Positions 19,967-30,177 are shown, counted from the first letter of the stretch. The stretch: 64,000 bases of DNA from an uncultured bacterium (GCA_963727525.1 CAVSGO010000006.1:64001-128000); one strand, 5' to 3'. The notes: generated from the letters alone by a model not told the origin. Numbers and translations: made by a program.

Positions 19967-21037
19967 ATGCAAGGCACCGAGAACACGTCGGATACGATTC
20001 AAGCCACCAGCCGGCCGCGTCGGCGTTCCCGGCCGCGCCGCGCCTACGGACCGCGCCTGGCCGTGCAACTCGTCACCCTCGGCATCTGCGTCGCGATGGG
20101 CGTCCAGTTCGGCACCTGGGTCGGTCGTCTCGAGGCTGGCTCCATCGCGGGTGTCCGGCCGCCAGGCGTGGAGGGTTTCCTGCCCATCTCGGGACTCATC
20201 AGCCTGCGCCAACTGATCGCAACGGGCGAGTTCTCGATGATCCATCCCGCGGCGCTGGTGATCCTCGCTCTCGCCTGCCTGAGCGCACTGCTGCTCAAGA
20301 AGTCGTTCTGCTCCTGGCTATGCCCCGTTGGCACGGTGTCGGAGTACGCGGCGCGTCTCGCGCATCGGGTGACGGGCTGGCGGGTGAAGCTGCCGCGCTG
20401 GCTCGACTACCCGCTGATGGGCATCAAGTACCTGCTTCTGATCTTCTTCCTCCACGCGATCTTCTTCCGGATGGCGACGGCCGACGTGACGGCGTTCCTG
20501 CTCTCGCCGTACAACAAGGTCGCCGACATCAAGATGTTCTACTTCTTCGCCCATATCTCCGCGCTGGCGATCAAGGTCATCTTGGCACTCGTGGCGCTCA
20601 GCCTGGTGGTGCCGTATTTCTGGTGCCGCTACCTCTGCCCGTACGGCGCGCTGCTCGGGGCACTGTCCTGGTTCTCGCCCCTGAAGATCCGCCGCTCGCC
20701 CCTCGACTGCACGAGCTGCGGCCGCTGCGCTGCCGTCTGTCCCGCGTTCTTGCCCGTCGACCTCAAGCTCGTGATCAACTCGCCCGAGTGCACCGGTTGC
20801 ATGGAATGCGCGGCGCATTGCCCGGTGCCCACCGCGCTGGCCTTCGGTCCACCGCCGCGCTGGCATCGCAAGGTGAAGCCGGCGGCGGTGGCCGTGCTCG
20901 TAATCGTGCTCTTCTACGGCGGCATCGGCGTGGCAAAGCTCGCCGGTCGCTGGCATTCGCGGGTCGATCCCGTGGAGTTGCAGCAGCGCGTGCAGCACGG
21001 ACTGAACGGGCCCGACTACGGGCATTTCGGGCGCTAG
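19967..21037 (+). CDS. Membrane polyferredoxin (NapH/YccM-like 4Fe-4S protein)
   Basis: VEGFLPI, FCSWLCPVG, WCRYLCPYG, CTSCGRCAAVCP, CTGCMECAAHCP; several TM helices. Confidence 0.88.
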   Translation: MQGTENTSDTIQATSRPRRRSRPRRAYGPRLAVQLVTLGICVAMGVQFGTWVGRLEAGSIAGVRPPGVEGFLPISGLISLRQLIATGEFSMIHPAALVILALACLSALLLKKSFCSWLCPVGTVSEYAARLAHRVTGWRVKLPRWLDYPLMGIKYLLLIFFLHAIFFRMATADVTAFLLSPYNKVADIKMFYFFAHISALAIKVILALVALSLVVPYFWCRYLCPYGALLGALSWFSPLKIRRSPLDCTSCGRCAAVCPAFLPVDLKLVINSPECTGCMECAAHCPVPTALAFGPPPRWHRKVKPAAVAVLVIVLFYGGIGVAKLAGRWHSRVDPVELQQRVQHGLNGPDYGHFGR

Positions 21038-21211
21038 AGCCCAGCGCGGCGGCGTTGGCCGGCCGGGCGCTGGCCCGCGGATACCGGCCGCGGGTGTTCT
21101 CCAAGCCTGTCGGCGACTGAAACCTCGCCTGGACGCGGTTTCGCGACTAGCTTGAACGGCAATCGTGCCACCCCGCCGATCGTCGATGACCATTCCGCCG
21201 AGCGAGAAGCC

Positions 21212-22264
21212 ATGCCGCATCTCATCGCCGTATCCACAGCGTCGCCCCCGCACCGGGTCGACCAGAGCGAAGCGCGGGAATTCGCGAGCAACCTCTTTCG
21301 CGAGCACCTCTCGCACCTCGACCGGTTGCTGCCGGTGTTCACCAATGCGGGCATCGAGACGCGCTACTTCGCGATGCCGCCCGCCTGGTTTCGCGATCCG
21401 CCGCCCTTCGCCGAGAAGAACGCCATCTTCGTGGAGCAGGCCACAGCGCTCAGTGCGCGCGCCGTACGCCAGCTCCTCGAGACGACGGAGCTGAAACCCG
21501 GCGACATCGACATGATCATCTTCATCAACACCACGGGTCTGGCAACGCCGTCGATAGACGCGCGCCTGATCAACGTGCTCGGTCTGCGCACCGACGTGCG
21601 CCGCACGCCGATCTGGGGCCTCGGCTGCGCGGGGGGCGCCGCGGGCCTGGCGCACGCCTATCACCATGCACTCGGCCATCCGCGCGAGCGCATCCTCGTG
21701 GTGGCCTGCGAGCTGTGCGGCCTCACCTTCCTGGCCGACGACTACACGAAGAGCAACCTCGTGGCCTGCGCCCTCTTCGCGGACGGCGCCGCTGCCGCAC
21801 TCATATGTGGCGACGATGTCGGCGCGCAGGGGCTGGAGTTGCTGGGCACCCAGTCGCGCTTCTATCCCGACTCGCTCGAGGTCATGGGCTGGAACATCGT
21901 CGCCCGCGGCATGCAGGTGGTGTTCGATCGCCGCATCCCCGACATCGTGACGCAGCACGCGGCCGACGAGCTGGACACCTTCCTCGCGCACCACGGCCTC
22001 GCGCGCGCCGGCGTGGCGGAGTACCTCTACCATCCCGGCGGTATCAAGGTGCTCGAGGCCTATGTCAACGCGTACGGTGTGGAGCCGGGCGCCCTGCGCT
22101 ACTCGCGCGAGGTGCTGCGCGATTTCGGCAACATGTCGTCGGTCACGGTGCTCTACGTCCTGGCCCGCTACCTCAGCGAGCACCGTCCTGGCCGCGGCGT
22201 GCATGGCGTGATCTCGGCGCTGGGGCCGGGCTTCTCCTCGGAATCGTTGCTGGTGCGGCTGTAG
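21212..22264 (+). CDS. Type III polyketide synthase (BpsA/SrsA-like)
   Basis: Cys-His-Asn triad: GLGCAGG, HPGG, GNMSS; ALFADGAAA; ALGPGFS. Confidence 0.93.
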   Translation: MPHLIAVSTASPPHRVDQSEAREFASNLFREHLSHLDRLLPVFTNAGIETRYFAMPPAWFRDPPPFAEKNAIFVEQATALSARAVRQLLETTELKPGDIDMIIFINTTGLATPSIDARLINVLGLRTDVRRTPIWGLGCAGGAAGLAHAYHHALGHPRERILVVACELCGLTFLADDYTKSNLVACALFADGAAAALICGDDVGAQGLELLGTQSRFYPDSLEVMGWNIVARGMQVVFDRRIPDIVTQHAADELDTFLAHHGLARAGVAEYLYHPGGIKVLEAYVNAYGVEPGALRYSREVLRDFGNMSSVTVLYVLARYLSEHRPGRGVHGVISALGPGFSSESLLVRL

Positions 22265-22313
22265 ATTTCGCTGGTGCCGGCACCAGAATCGAGGAAGCGC
22301 GTGCTGGCCGTCG

Positions 22314-22991
22314 TCAGCCGGCGGCCAGCATCGCGCGCAACACCGTCTCGCGCTCGAGGATGATGCGGCCGCGGGCCAGCTTTACCGCGCGGGCGCGCTC
22401 GAAGTCCTTCAGCAGACGACTGATGACCTCGCGGGCCGAGCCGAGATCGGCCGCGATGCGTTCGTGGGTCACCGCCAGTTCGCGCACGGGTTCGCCATCG
22501 CCGAAGAAGCGCTTGCCGAGATACTCTGCGAGGCGGCGATCCATGCGCTTGAACGCCACCTCCTCCACCAGGGACATGATGCCCGCGATGTGCGTGGAGA
22601 GCAGCGTGAACACGTACGTACGCAGCACCGGGTTGAGGTCGATCCAGCGCCGGAAATCGGGACCGCGGAATGCCACGGCCTGCACGTCCTCCTCGACGAC
22701 GGCCGACGCCGGACACGGCTCGCCTGACAGGAGGCACGACAGGTTGAGCAGGCACACCTCGCCGGCCTGGACGTGGTAGAGGGTGATCTCGCGTCCGGTG
22801 TCACCCAGCTTGTAGACACGCAGCTTCCCCTGACCGACCAGGGCGATCACCTCGGAATGCCGTCCCTCGGAGGCGTAGTGCGTGCCCCGTTTGAGTTCGG
22901 TGCGGACGCCGACCGCGAGCATCTCCTTCTGGAACGCCGGGTCGCAATCGCGGAAGAATGGGTAGTGCTCGAGGATCCGTCGCTTGTCCAT
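22314..22991 (-). CDS. Crp/Fnr family transcriptional regulator
   Basis: GREITLYHV..GEVC cNMP-like domain; THERIAADLGSAREVISRLLK HTH. Confidence 0.92.
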   Translation of the reverse strand: MDKRRILEHYPFFRDCDPAFQKEMLAVGVRTELKRGTHYASEGRHSEVIALVGQGKLRVYKLGDTGREITLYHVQAGEVCLLNLSCLLSGEPCPASAVVEEDVQAVAFRGPDFRRWIDLNPVLRTYVFTLLSTHIAGIMSLVEEVAFKRMDRRLAEYLGKRFFGDGEPVRELAVTHERIAADLGSAREVISRLLKDFERARAVKLARGRIILERETVLRAMLAAG

Positions 22992-23205
22992 GGGCGTCGC
23001 TTTCGCATGGGCGTGAGGGGCGGCGGTCCCGGCGCTGTCGGCGGGCTGCAGGACGCAACCTGCGGTACCAACGGGTCGCGCCGGAATGAAGATATTCTAT
23101 GTCACGATTTGCGTTCCGGCAACGTACCTGGCGTGAGTGACCGGGATCACAGACGTCAGTCGCACCGATCCTGATCATGAAGACACCGGAGGTCGGAGGT
23201 GCCGT

Positions 23206-24318
23206 CTAATCTGGGTGGGGCGGACGGCGCTTCCGATCGTCCGGATCGAGATCCCCATCGTCCGTGAAGATACGCAGGTCCCGCGGGGCGACATACATGA
23301 CGTCGCCGGCGACCACGTTCAGCTCCTGGAATCGCTCCGGCGCGACCGCGGCCTCGAACTGCTCGCCGGTCGGTGTCCGCAATGCGAGCCTCACCGTAGG
23401 CCCCGCCGCGTGGACCGCCATGACCTCGGCCCGCAGGCTCGGGACCATTGGGGGGTGCCTTTCCAGGGTCAGTTCGTGCGGCCTGATGAAGACACGCACC
23501 GCGCTCGCGGATCGCGCCTGGTGAGCCGGCGCGTCCAGCACGACACTCGCGAACATCACCTTGCCGTCGGCCACGCGACCCCGGAACACGTTGACGTCTC
23601 CAAGGAAGTTCATCACGAATTCCGTCGCCGGTTCGTGGAATACAGCGTCGGGCTTCCCGACCTGTTCGATGTGGCCCTCGTTCATCACGACGATGCGATC
23701 GGCCACCTCGAGGGCTTCGTCCTGGTCGTGGGTGACGAAGACGCTGGTGACGTGGATATGTTCGTGCAACTGTCGCAACCAGATGCGAAGCTGCTTGCGC
23801 ACGCGTGCGTCGAGCGCGCCGAAGGGTTCGTCGAGCAGCAGCACGCGCGGCTCCACGGCGAGCGCCCGCGCCAGGGCCACCCGCTGGCGCTGGCCTCCGG
23901 AGAGCTGAGCCGGGAAACGATCGGCCATGGGTTCGAGCTGAACGAGTTGTAACAACTCCTGCACGCGCGCCGCGATCGCGCGGCGCGAGGGCCGTTCGCC
24001 TCGTGGCCTCACTCGCAGGCCGAAGGCCACGTTCTCGAACACCGTCAGGTGCCGGAACAGCGCGTAATGCTGGAACACGAATCCCACGCGGCGCTCCTGC
24101 ACGCGCCGCCCGGCGACGTCCTGATCGTGGAAACGGACGGGACCGCTGCCGGCATCGGGAAGCTCGAGGCCGGCGATGATACGCAGCAACGTGGTCTTGC
24201 CGGAGCCGGAGGGTCCGAGCAACGCGGTGAGCTCGCCGGCCGGCAGGGTGACGCTCACGTTGCGCAACGCCGTGAACGTGCCATAGGTCTTGCTGACGTG
24301 TTCGATGGTGATGCCCAT
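23206..24318 (-). CDS. cysA: Sulfate ABC transporter ATP-binding protein
   Basis: [38 protein letters not shown] tail; operon context. Confidence 0.95.
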   Translation of the reverse strand: MGITIEHVSKTYGTFTALRNVSVTLPAGELTALLGPSGSGKTTLLRIIAGLELPDAGSGPVRFHDQDVAGRRVQERRVGFVFQHYALFRHLTVFENVAFGLRVRPRGERPSRRAIAARVQELLQLVQLEPMADRFPAQLSGGQRQRVALARALAVEPRVLLLDEPFGALDARVRKQLRIWLRQLHEHIHVTSVFVTHDQDEALEVADRIVVMNEGHIEQVGKPDAVFHEPATEFVMNFLGDVNVFRGRVADGKVMFASVVLDAPAHQARSASAVRVFIRPHELTLERHPPMVPSLRAEVMAVHAAGPTVRLALRTPTGEQFEAAVAPERFQELNVVAGDVMYVAPRDLRIFTDDGDLDPDDRKRRPPHPD

Positions 24319-24319
24319 G

Positions 24320-25201
24320 TCATGCGACCTCCGTCGCGCCATCGTGGCTGTGGACCTGCGCGGCTTGCGGTTCACCGGTCTGCTGTTCCATCAGCGCCCT
24401 GGCGGCCAGCGTCGCCAGAGCCAGGAGCGCGAGGAGCGAAGCTGCCGCGAAGGCGGCGACGAAGTTGTACTCGTTGTAGAGGATTTCTACCTGAAGCGGC
24501 AGCGTAATGGTCTTGCCGCGAATGTGGCCGGAGACCACCGAGACCGCTCCGAACTCGCCCATGGCGCGCGCATTGCAGAGAATCACGCCATAGAGCAGGG
24601 CCCACTTCACGTTGGGAATGGTCACCCGCCACAGCGTTTGCCAGCCCGAGGCTCCGAGCGTGAGCGCGGCTTCCTCGTCGTCGGTGCCCTGGGCCGCCAT
24701 GAGCGGGATCAGCTCGCGTGCCACGTATGGCAGCGTCACGAAGACCGTCGCCATCACGATGCCGGGCACCGCAAAGATCACCTGCAGATCGTGCGCGGCC
24801 AGCCACGGGCCCAACCAGCCATGAAGGCCGTACACCAGCACGTAGACGAGGCCCGAGATCACGGGCGAGATGGCTAGCGGCAGGTCGATCAAGGTCGTCA
24901 GCACGGTCTTGCCGCGGAACTCGAACTTGGCGACGGCCCACGCCGCCGCGAGGCCGAACACCAGGTTCACGGGCACGGCGATCGCCGCGACGAACAGCGT
25001 GAGTCGGATCGCGGCGCGTACGGCCGGGTCGCCGAAGCTCGCCACGTAGGCGCGCGCACCGCGACGCAGGGCCTCGGCGAAGACGGCGGCCAGGGGCGCC
25101 AGCAGGAAGACCGCGAGAATCACCAGCGTTGCCGCCAGGGCCAGCCGGCGCGCCCAGCGAGGATCGGCGATGGCGACGCGCGGCGTCGATGCAACGGGCA
25201 T
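24320..25201 (-). CDS. cysW: Sulfate ABC transporter permease
   Basis: [38 protein letters not shown]. Confidence 0.95.
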   Translation of the reverse strand: MPVASTPRVAIADPRWARRLALAATLVILAVFLLAPLAAVFAEALRRGARAYVASFGDPAVRAAIRLTLFVAAIAVPVNLVFGLAAAWAVAKFEFRGKTVLTTLIDLPLAISPVISGLVYVLVYGLHGWLGPWLAAHDLQVIFAVPGIVMATVFVTLPYVARELIPLMAAQGTDDEEAALTLGASGWQTLWRVTIPNVKWALLYGVILCNARAMGEFGAVSVVSGHIRGKTITLPLQVEILYNEYNFVAAFAAASLLALLALATLAARALMEQQTGEPQAAQVHSHDGATEVA

Positions 25202-25203
25202 GA

Positions 25204-26037
25204 TCAGACTCTCCCGCGCCGGGCCCAGCGCTGTAGCAGATTGATCGTCAGCAACAGGCCGAACGAGACGGCAAGCAGCGCCACCGCGATCGCCGTGGCG
25301 CCCGCCTCGTCGTACTGCTCGAGCTTGGTCACGATCAGGAGCGGCGCGATCTCGGTACGCATGGGAAGATTGCCGCTGATGAAGACCACGGAACCGTACT
25401 CGCCGAGCGCCCGTGCCAGGGCCAGACCGAAGCCGGTGAGCACGGCCGGCGCAAGGCCGGGCAGTACGACATATCGCAGGGTCTGTCGACGCCGCGCGCC
25501 GAGGCTGGCGGCGGCCTCCTCCATTTCGGGATCGAGGTCCGCCACGGCAGGCTGGAGTGTCCGAACGACGAAAGGTAGACCAACGAAGGCGAGCGCGATC
25601 ACCACGCCCAGGGGCGAGAACGCTGCTCGGATGCCCACATGTGCCAGCAAGCCGCCGAGCCAGCCCGTGGGAGCATAGATGGTTGTGAGTGCGATCCCGG
25701 ACACTGCCGTGGGCAGGGCGAAGGGCAGGTCGATGAGGGCGTCGAGGATCCGTTGGCCGGGAAAGCGATATCGCACGAGCGCCCACGCCACCACCGTACC
25801 GCACAGCGTGTCGACGAATGCGGCGATCAGGGCGCTGCCGATGCTGAGCCGGCACGCCGCGACGACCCGCGGCGCGGTCACGATGTCCCAGAATCCGGTC
25901 CAACCAAACGTCGCGGAGCGCAGAACCAGCGCCGCCAGCGGCACGAGGGCCACGACCGAGAGCGTGAACAGCGTGACACCGAGCGTCAGCTCGAAGCCGG
26001 GAAGCACCGTATGCTTGCGCGCCAGGAGGGCCATCAT
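25204..26037 (-). CDS. cysT: Sulfate ABC transporter permease
   Basis: DLPFALPTAVSG, EEAAASLGA, GEYGSVVFISGNLP, KLEQYD. Confidence 0.95.
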   Translation of the reverse strand: MMALLARKHTVLPGFELTLGVTLFTLSVVALVPLAALVLRSATFGWTGFWDIVTAPRVVAACRLSIGSALIAAFVDTLCGTVVAWALVRYRFPGQRILDALIDLPFALPTAVSGIALTTIYAPTGWLGGLLAHVGIRAAFSPLGVVIALAFVGLPFVVRTLQPAVADLDPEMEEAAASLGARRRQTLRYVVLPGLAPAVLTGFGLALARALGEYGSVVFISGNLPMRTEIAPLLIVTKLEQYDEAGATAIAVALLAVSFGLLLTINLLQRWARRGRV

Positions 26038-26044
26038 GGTTGCC

Positions 26045-27131
26045 TCATCGCCGCGCGGCCATCATCGCATCGAAGACGCCGCCGTCGACGAAATGCGTCT
26101 GCTGCGCGACTGTCCAGCCACCGAAGACATCATCGACGCTCATGCGCTGCAACGCCGGGAAGCGCGCGAGATCGGCCGGGTCGGCATTCGTGGGATCGAC
26201 CGGCCGGTAGTAATGCTTCGCTGCGAGCCGCTGAGCGACGGGCGAGTACAGCCACTGCAGGTAGGCCGTGGCCACCGCACGCGTGCCGTGCTTGTCGGCC
26301 CACGAATCCACGAGGGCCACGGGCGGTTCCGCGAGGATGCTCACCGATGGCACGACGATGTCGACGCGGTCGGGGCCGAACTCGTTGACCGCGAGAAATG
26401 CCTCGTTCTCCCAGGTGAGGAGCACGTCGCCGATGCCGCGCGCCACGAATGTGCCGGTGGCGCCTCGAGCCCCCGAATCGAGCACCGGCACGTGGGCGTA
26501 GAGCGCGGCGACGAAGGCGCGCGCGCTGTCCTCGGCCGCGGCAACGGCGCCGGCGGCGGCCGTGTCGTGCAGCCGTGCGAGGTCGCCGAGCTGCCGCTGC
26601 AGCGCCGCCGCCCACGCGGCGAGGTAGATCCAGCGCGCACCCCCCGAGGTCTTGGGATTGGGGGTGATCACCGTCACGCCCGGCGCGAGCAGGTCTGCGC
26701 CAATCGTGGATGCCGCGGGGATTCCCCTTGCGCACCAGGAACACCACGGTCGAGGTGTACGGCGTGCTGCCGTTCGGTAGCCGCTGTCGCCAGTTCCCGG
26801 GCAAGGTGCCGGCATGTGAGGCGATCGCGTCGATATCGTGGGCCAGCGCCAGCGTCACGACGTCGGCTTCCAGCCCCTCGATCACGGCCCGCGCCTGGGC
26901 GCCGGAGCCGCCATGCGACATCGCGATCGTCACTGTCTGCCCGGTCTCCAGCCGCCAGTGCTCCGCGAACGTCGAGTTGACGTCCCTGTAGAATTCGCGG
27001 GTCGGATCGTAGGAGACATTGAGCAGGGTGAGCGGCCTTTCCGATGCCGCGGCGGGCTCGCTCCGACGGCACCCGATCGGGAATGTCATGATGGCCAGCA
27101 GCGCCAGGATCATGAGGGATGCGCGGGACAT
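26045..27131 (-). CDS. sbp: Sulfate-binding lipoprotein, interrupted by one extra base near 26699
   Basis: [24 protein letters not shown] in one frame; [27 protein letters not shown] in another. Confidence 0.9.
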
Positions 27132-27168
27132 GTTGCCTCCTTCCGGTGGGTTCTCCAGCAGATAAGAG

Positions 27169-27183
27169 GCAAATGATGGGCCA
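27169..27183 (-). promoter_or_regulatory. Sigma54 -24/-12 promoter of the sbp-cysTWA operon
   Basis: Minus strand TGGCCC-ATCAT-TTGC, about 40 nt upstream of the sbp start. Confidence 0.75.
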
Positions 27184-27244
27184 ATCGCATGATGATATAC
27201 AACTTGTTGCCGCACAATAAATAGCTTATTTAGTATGCCGTATA

Positions 27245-27303
27245 CCGTGAAATGTGGTAGCTTTGCCATGAAATATCATGGTATGATCCGTGATATATCA
27301 CGG
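27245..27303. promoter_or_regulatory. Three phased palindromic sites (candidate enhancer/UAS)
   Basis: CCGTGAAATGTGGTAG (27245), CCATGAAATATCATGG (27266), CCGTGATATATCACGG (27288); 21-22 bp period. Confidence 0.7.
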
Positions 27304-27315
27304 AGGAGGCCTGCC

Positions 27316-28881
27316 ATGGCGACCGATTCCTGGCTGCTCGACGTCTGGCGAGAAGCCTGCCAGCATCTTGACCTCGGCGAGCTGATCGCGCGGCTCGCCC
27401 CGCTCGTCAAATGCCGCTGGCCCGTGAGCGCGGTCGCCGTGGCGCGCCAGTCGCCCGACGCCAAGGTGATGGAACTTGTCGGCCCGCTTGGCGACGGCGA
27501 CGTCGCGGCGGACCAGCGCCGCGAGCTGACGTCTGCCGATTCCCGCTTGCTCGGCGCCTGGCTTGCACAGGGGCAGACGGAGATCATCGCGAACGACGGC
27601 CGGGTGCCGTCCGGTGTGGCCACGCTTCTGCCCGCTGCGTACACCCGGGCCGGTACCGTCATCGCGCCGCTCACCTCGTCCGATGAGGCGCGCGGGCTAC
27701 TCGTGGTCGTACCCGCGGATTCCGAGGCGCCGCACGGGGTGCTTCCGGCTGTCGAGCAGCTGCGGGCTCCGCTCGCCGCAGCCCTGGCGAACGACCGTCG
27801 GTTGCGTGAGCTGGTGGATCTGCGCCGGGCTGCCGAAGCCGATCGGCGATCCTTGCTCACGCGTCTCGGCCGCGACGAGTTGCTCGAGACCATCGTCGGC
27901 GCCGACGGCGGCCTGCGTGGTGTGATGGCACGCGTCGCCATGGTCGCGGCGTCGGACATACCGGTGCTGATCCTGGGCGAGACCGGTGCCGGCAAGGAGG
28001 TCGTGGCGCGCGCCGTGCACGCGCGGTCGCGACGCGCGCACGGGCCGTTCACGCGCGTGAACTGCGGTGCCATCCCGCCAGAGCTGGTGGATTCCGAACT
28101 CTTTGGCCACGAGAAGGGGAGCTTCACCGGCGCCATGTCCCGCCGCCGCGGCTGGTTCGAGCGCTCGGACCAGGGCACCCTGTTGCTCGACGAGGTCGGC
28201 GAACTGCCGAAAGCGGCGCAGGTGCGGTTGCTACGAGTGATCCAGGACGGCATGCTCCAGCGTGTGGGGGGGGAGTCGATGCTCCGGGTCGACGTGCGGA
28301 TCATCGCAGCCACCCATGCCGATCTTGCCGCCATGGTGCAGCGCGGCGAGTTTCGCGAGGACCTGTGGTACCGGCTCGCTGTTTTTCCGCTGGTGTTGCC
28401 TCCCCTGCGTGAACGGACCGAGGATATTCCCGACCTCGTTGCCATGCTCGCGCGACGCGCCTCGCGACGATTCGGCCTCAGGCCGCAGCGACCGACGGCT
28501 GCCGATCTCGCCCTGCTTGCGGCCTATCCGTGGCCGGGAAACGTCCGGGAACTGGGTTCGGTAATCGATCGTGCCGCCATCCTGGGCGATGGCAAGTGTC
28601 TGGATATCGCGAAGGCGCTCGGCAGCGGCGGTCCCGGCATGCACGCGGGGGCATGGGCGTCGTCGCCACGTGCGACGAGCGCGACGCCCGAGGCGCTCGC
28701 GTCGCTGGACGCGGCGATGGCTGCGCACATTCGCGCCGCCCTCATTGCCTGCGATGGTCGTATCGAGGGGGCGCAGGGCGCGGCCGTTCTCCTGTGCATC
28801 AACCCGCACACGCTGCGCGCGCGCATGCGAAAGCTCGGTCTCGAGTGGGCCCGATATCGGGTCCATCGATCCACAGGCTGA
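27316..28881 (+). CDS. Sigma54-dependent transcriptional activator (FhlA/HyfR-like, GAF-like N-terminus)
   Basis: GETGAGKE, ELFGHEKGSFTGA, LDEVGEL, FREDLWYRL, WPGNVREL, C-terminal HTH. Confidence 0.93.
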   Translation: MATDSWLLDVWREACQHLDLGELIARLAPLVKCRWPVSAVAVARQSPDAKVMELVGPLGDGDVAADQRRELTSADSRLLGAWLAQGQTEIIANDGRVPSGVATLLPAAYTRAGTVIAPLTSSDEARGLLVVVPADSEAPHGVLPAVEQLRAPLAAALANDRRLRELVDLRRAAEADRRSLLTRLGRDELLETIVGADGGLRGVMARVAMVAASDIPVLILGETGAGKEVVARAVHARSRRAHGPFTRVNCGAIPPELVDSELFGHEKGSFTGAMSRRRGWFERSDQGTLLLDEVGELPKAAQVRLLRVIQDGMLQRVGGESMLRVDVRIIAATHADLAAMVQRGEFREDLWYRLAVFPLVLPPLRERTEDIPDLVAMLARRASRRFGLRPQRPTAADLALLAAYPWPGNVRELGSVIDRAAILGDGKCLDIAKALGSGGPGMHAGAWASSPRATSATPEALASLDAAMAAHIRAALIACDGRIEGAQGAAVLLCINPHTLRARMRKLGLEWARYRVHRSTG

Positions 28882-28947
28882 ACTCCCATGTTTTTTGTAA
28901 GTGATGTATGTCTTTATATTTACACGAATCGGCACATGCGATTTTAT

Positions 28948-28965
28948 TTGTTAAATTTTTAACCT
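28948..28965. promoter_or_regulatory. Rex-like operator upstream of the cytochrome-rnf operon
   Basis: TTGTTAA-ATTT-TTAACCT vs TTGTTAA-N4-TTAACAA, within an AT-rich intergenic tract. Confidence 0.55.
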
Positions 28966-29029
28966 ATGACTAGGTTACATCACGAGCACGTTCCCTGAAC
29001 ACAGGCCGCACACGATGCGAGGTGGTCTC

Positions 29030-29503
29030 ATGACTTCTGACACGCCCTCCAATGGCGACCACTGGGAATGCATGGTCTGGGAGAAGCACCGGTACAATGA
29101 CCGTACTGTCATCAAATCCGGTTCCTATCTCCGCGCATCCTGTCCCTACTGCGCGGAATGTCTGATTGCCGAGGGCATGATCCGCCTCGCGTCCGTCTCG
29201 CGAGACGGGCGCAAGGGCTGGGTGGAACTGAGTCCGTACCTCAACGTCTTCGAGCGGCGCAGCGACATCCACCTTTCCGAGACCGCCGACTTTTCGGACC
29301 TGGTCTGTCCCCACTGCCACCGCTCGCTCAGGGTCCCGGAGCGCAAGTGCGGACGCGGCGATGCGAGCGTCGCCGTGGTGATGGTGGGCATCTCCACGAT
29401 CAACGTGCCCTTCTACTTCTGCATGCAGACGGGCTGCACATGGCACCTCATCGATCCAGAGGACGAGCACCGGATCATCCTGGACGACAGCCTGGAATGG
29501 TGA
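29030..29503 (+). CDS. Cys-rich hypothetical protein (possible Zn/Fe-S binding)
   Basis: CPYC, CPHC, C...CMQTGCTWH; first gene of the operon. Confidence 0.65.
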   Translation: MTSDTPSNGDHWECMVWEKHRYNDRTVIKSGSYLRASCPYCAECLIAEGMIRLASVSRDGRKGWVELSPYLNVFERRSDIHLSETADFSDLVCPHCHRSLRVPERKCGRGDASVAVVMVGISTINVPFYFCMQTGCTWHLIDPEDEHRIILDDSLEW

Positions 29504-29507
29504 CGCG

Positions 29508-30161
29508 ATGCCCTTCGCTGGACGCGATGATCATGGTTCGCCGGTTCGCGGTCACGCTCGCAGCAATGCGGTGCTGATCGTCGTTGCGGTCGTGGCCGCC
29601 GCCGTCGCCGCCGGCGGATACTTGCGGGGGGCGCCGCCGCCGACGACTGATCGCATCTACCTGCGCAGCATCGGCGGCGCGGTTGTCTTCGGACATGCGG
29701 AGCACCAGGCTCGGGTCGCAAGCTGCCTGCCCTGCCACCATGAACTGATCCTGGGCGATCCGATCGCCTGCGCCACGTGCCACGATGCGGATGTCACGTT
29801 CGATCTGGCGTCGCATGACGAACTCGTGCAGATCGATGGCCACACCTGCGACGGCTGTCACGCGAGCGCAGATGCCACGGGTGCGCGCAACTGCCGCGCC
29901 TGCCATGCCTCTGAGGTCGAAGGCGCAACGAGCGTGCATGCCTGCAGCGATTGCCACGATGATGCGACATACGGGCCGGCGACGTTGCCGCACGCGAGTC
30001 TCGTGACCATCGAAGGACACAGTTGCGATGGGTGCCACACACCTCGCGCCCTTGCAGAAGCGTACCACGCGACCTGCAACGGCTGTCACCTGCGAGCCGC
30101 CCCGCAGCGATTCGCTGCAGCCGATGGTGGCGCGACGTGCGCAGCGTGCCACCTGAAGTGA
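29508..30161 (+). CDS. Membrane-anchored octaheme cytochrome c (c3/DhcA-like)
   Basis: 8 CxxCH motifs; VVFGHAEH c3-type motif; N-terminal hydrophobic anchor. Confidence 0.88.
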   Translation: MPFAGRDDHGSPVRGHARSNAVLIVVAVVAAAVAAGGYLRGAPPPTTDRIYLRSIGGAVVFGHAEHQARVASCLPCHHELILGDPIACATCHDADVTFDLASHDELVQIDGHTCDGCHASADATGARNCRACHASEVEGATSVHACSDCHDDATYGPATLPHASLVTIEGHSCDGCHTPRALAEAYHATCNGCHLRAAPQRFAAADGGATCAACHLK

Positions 30162-30177
30162 AACGCGGAGGTCGATC

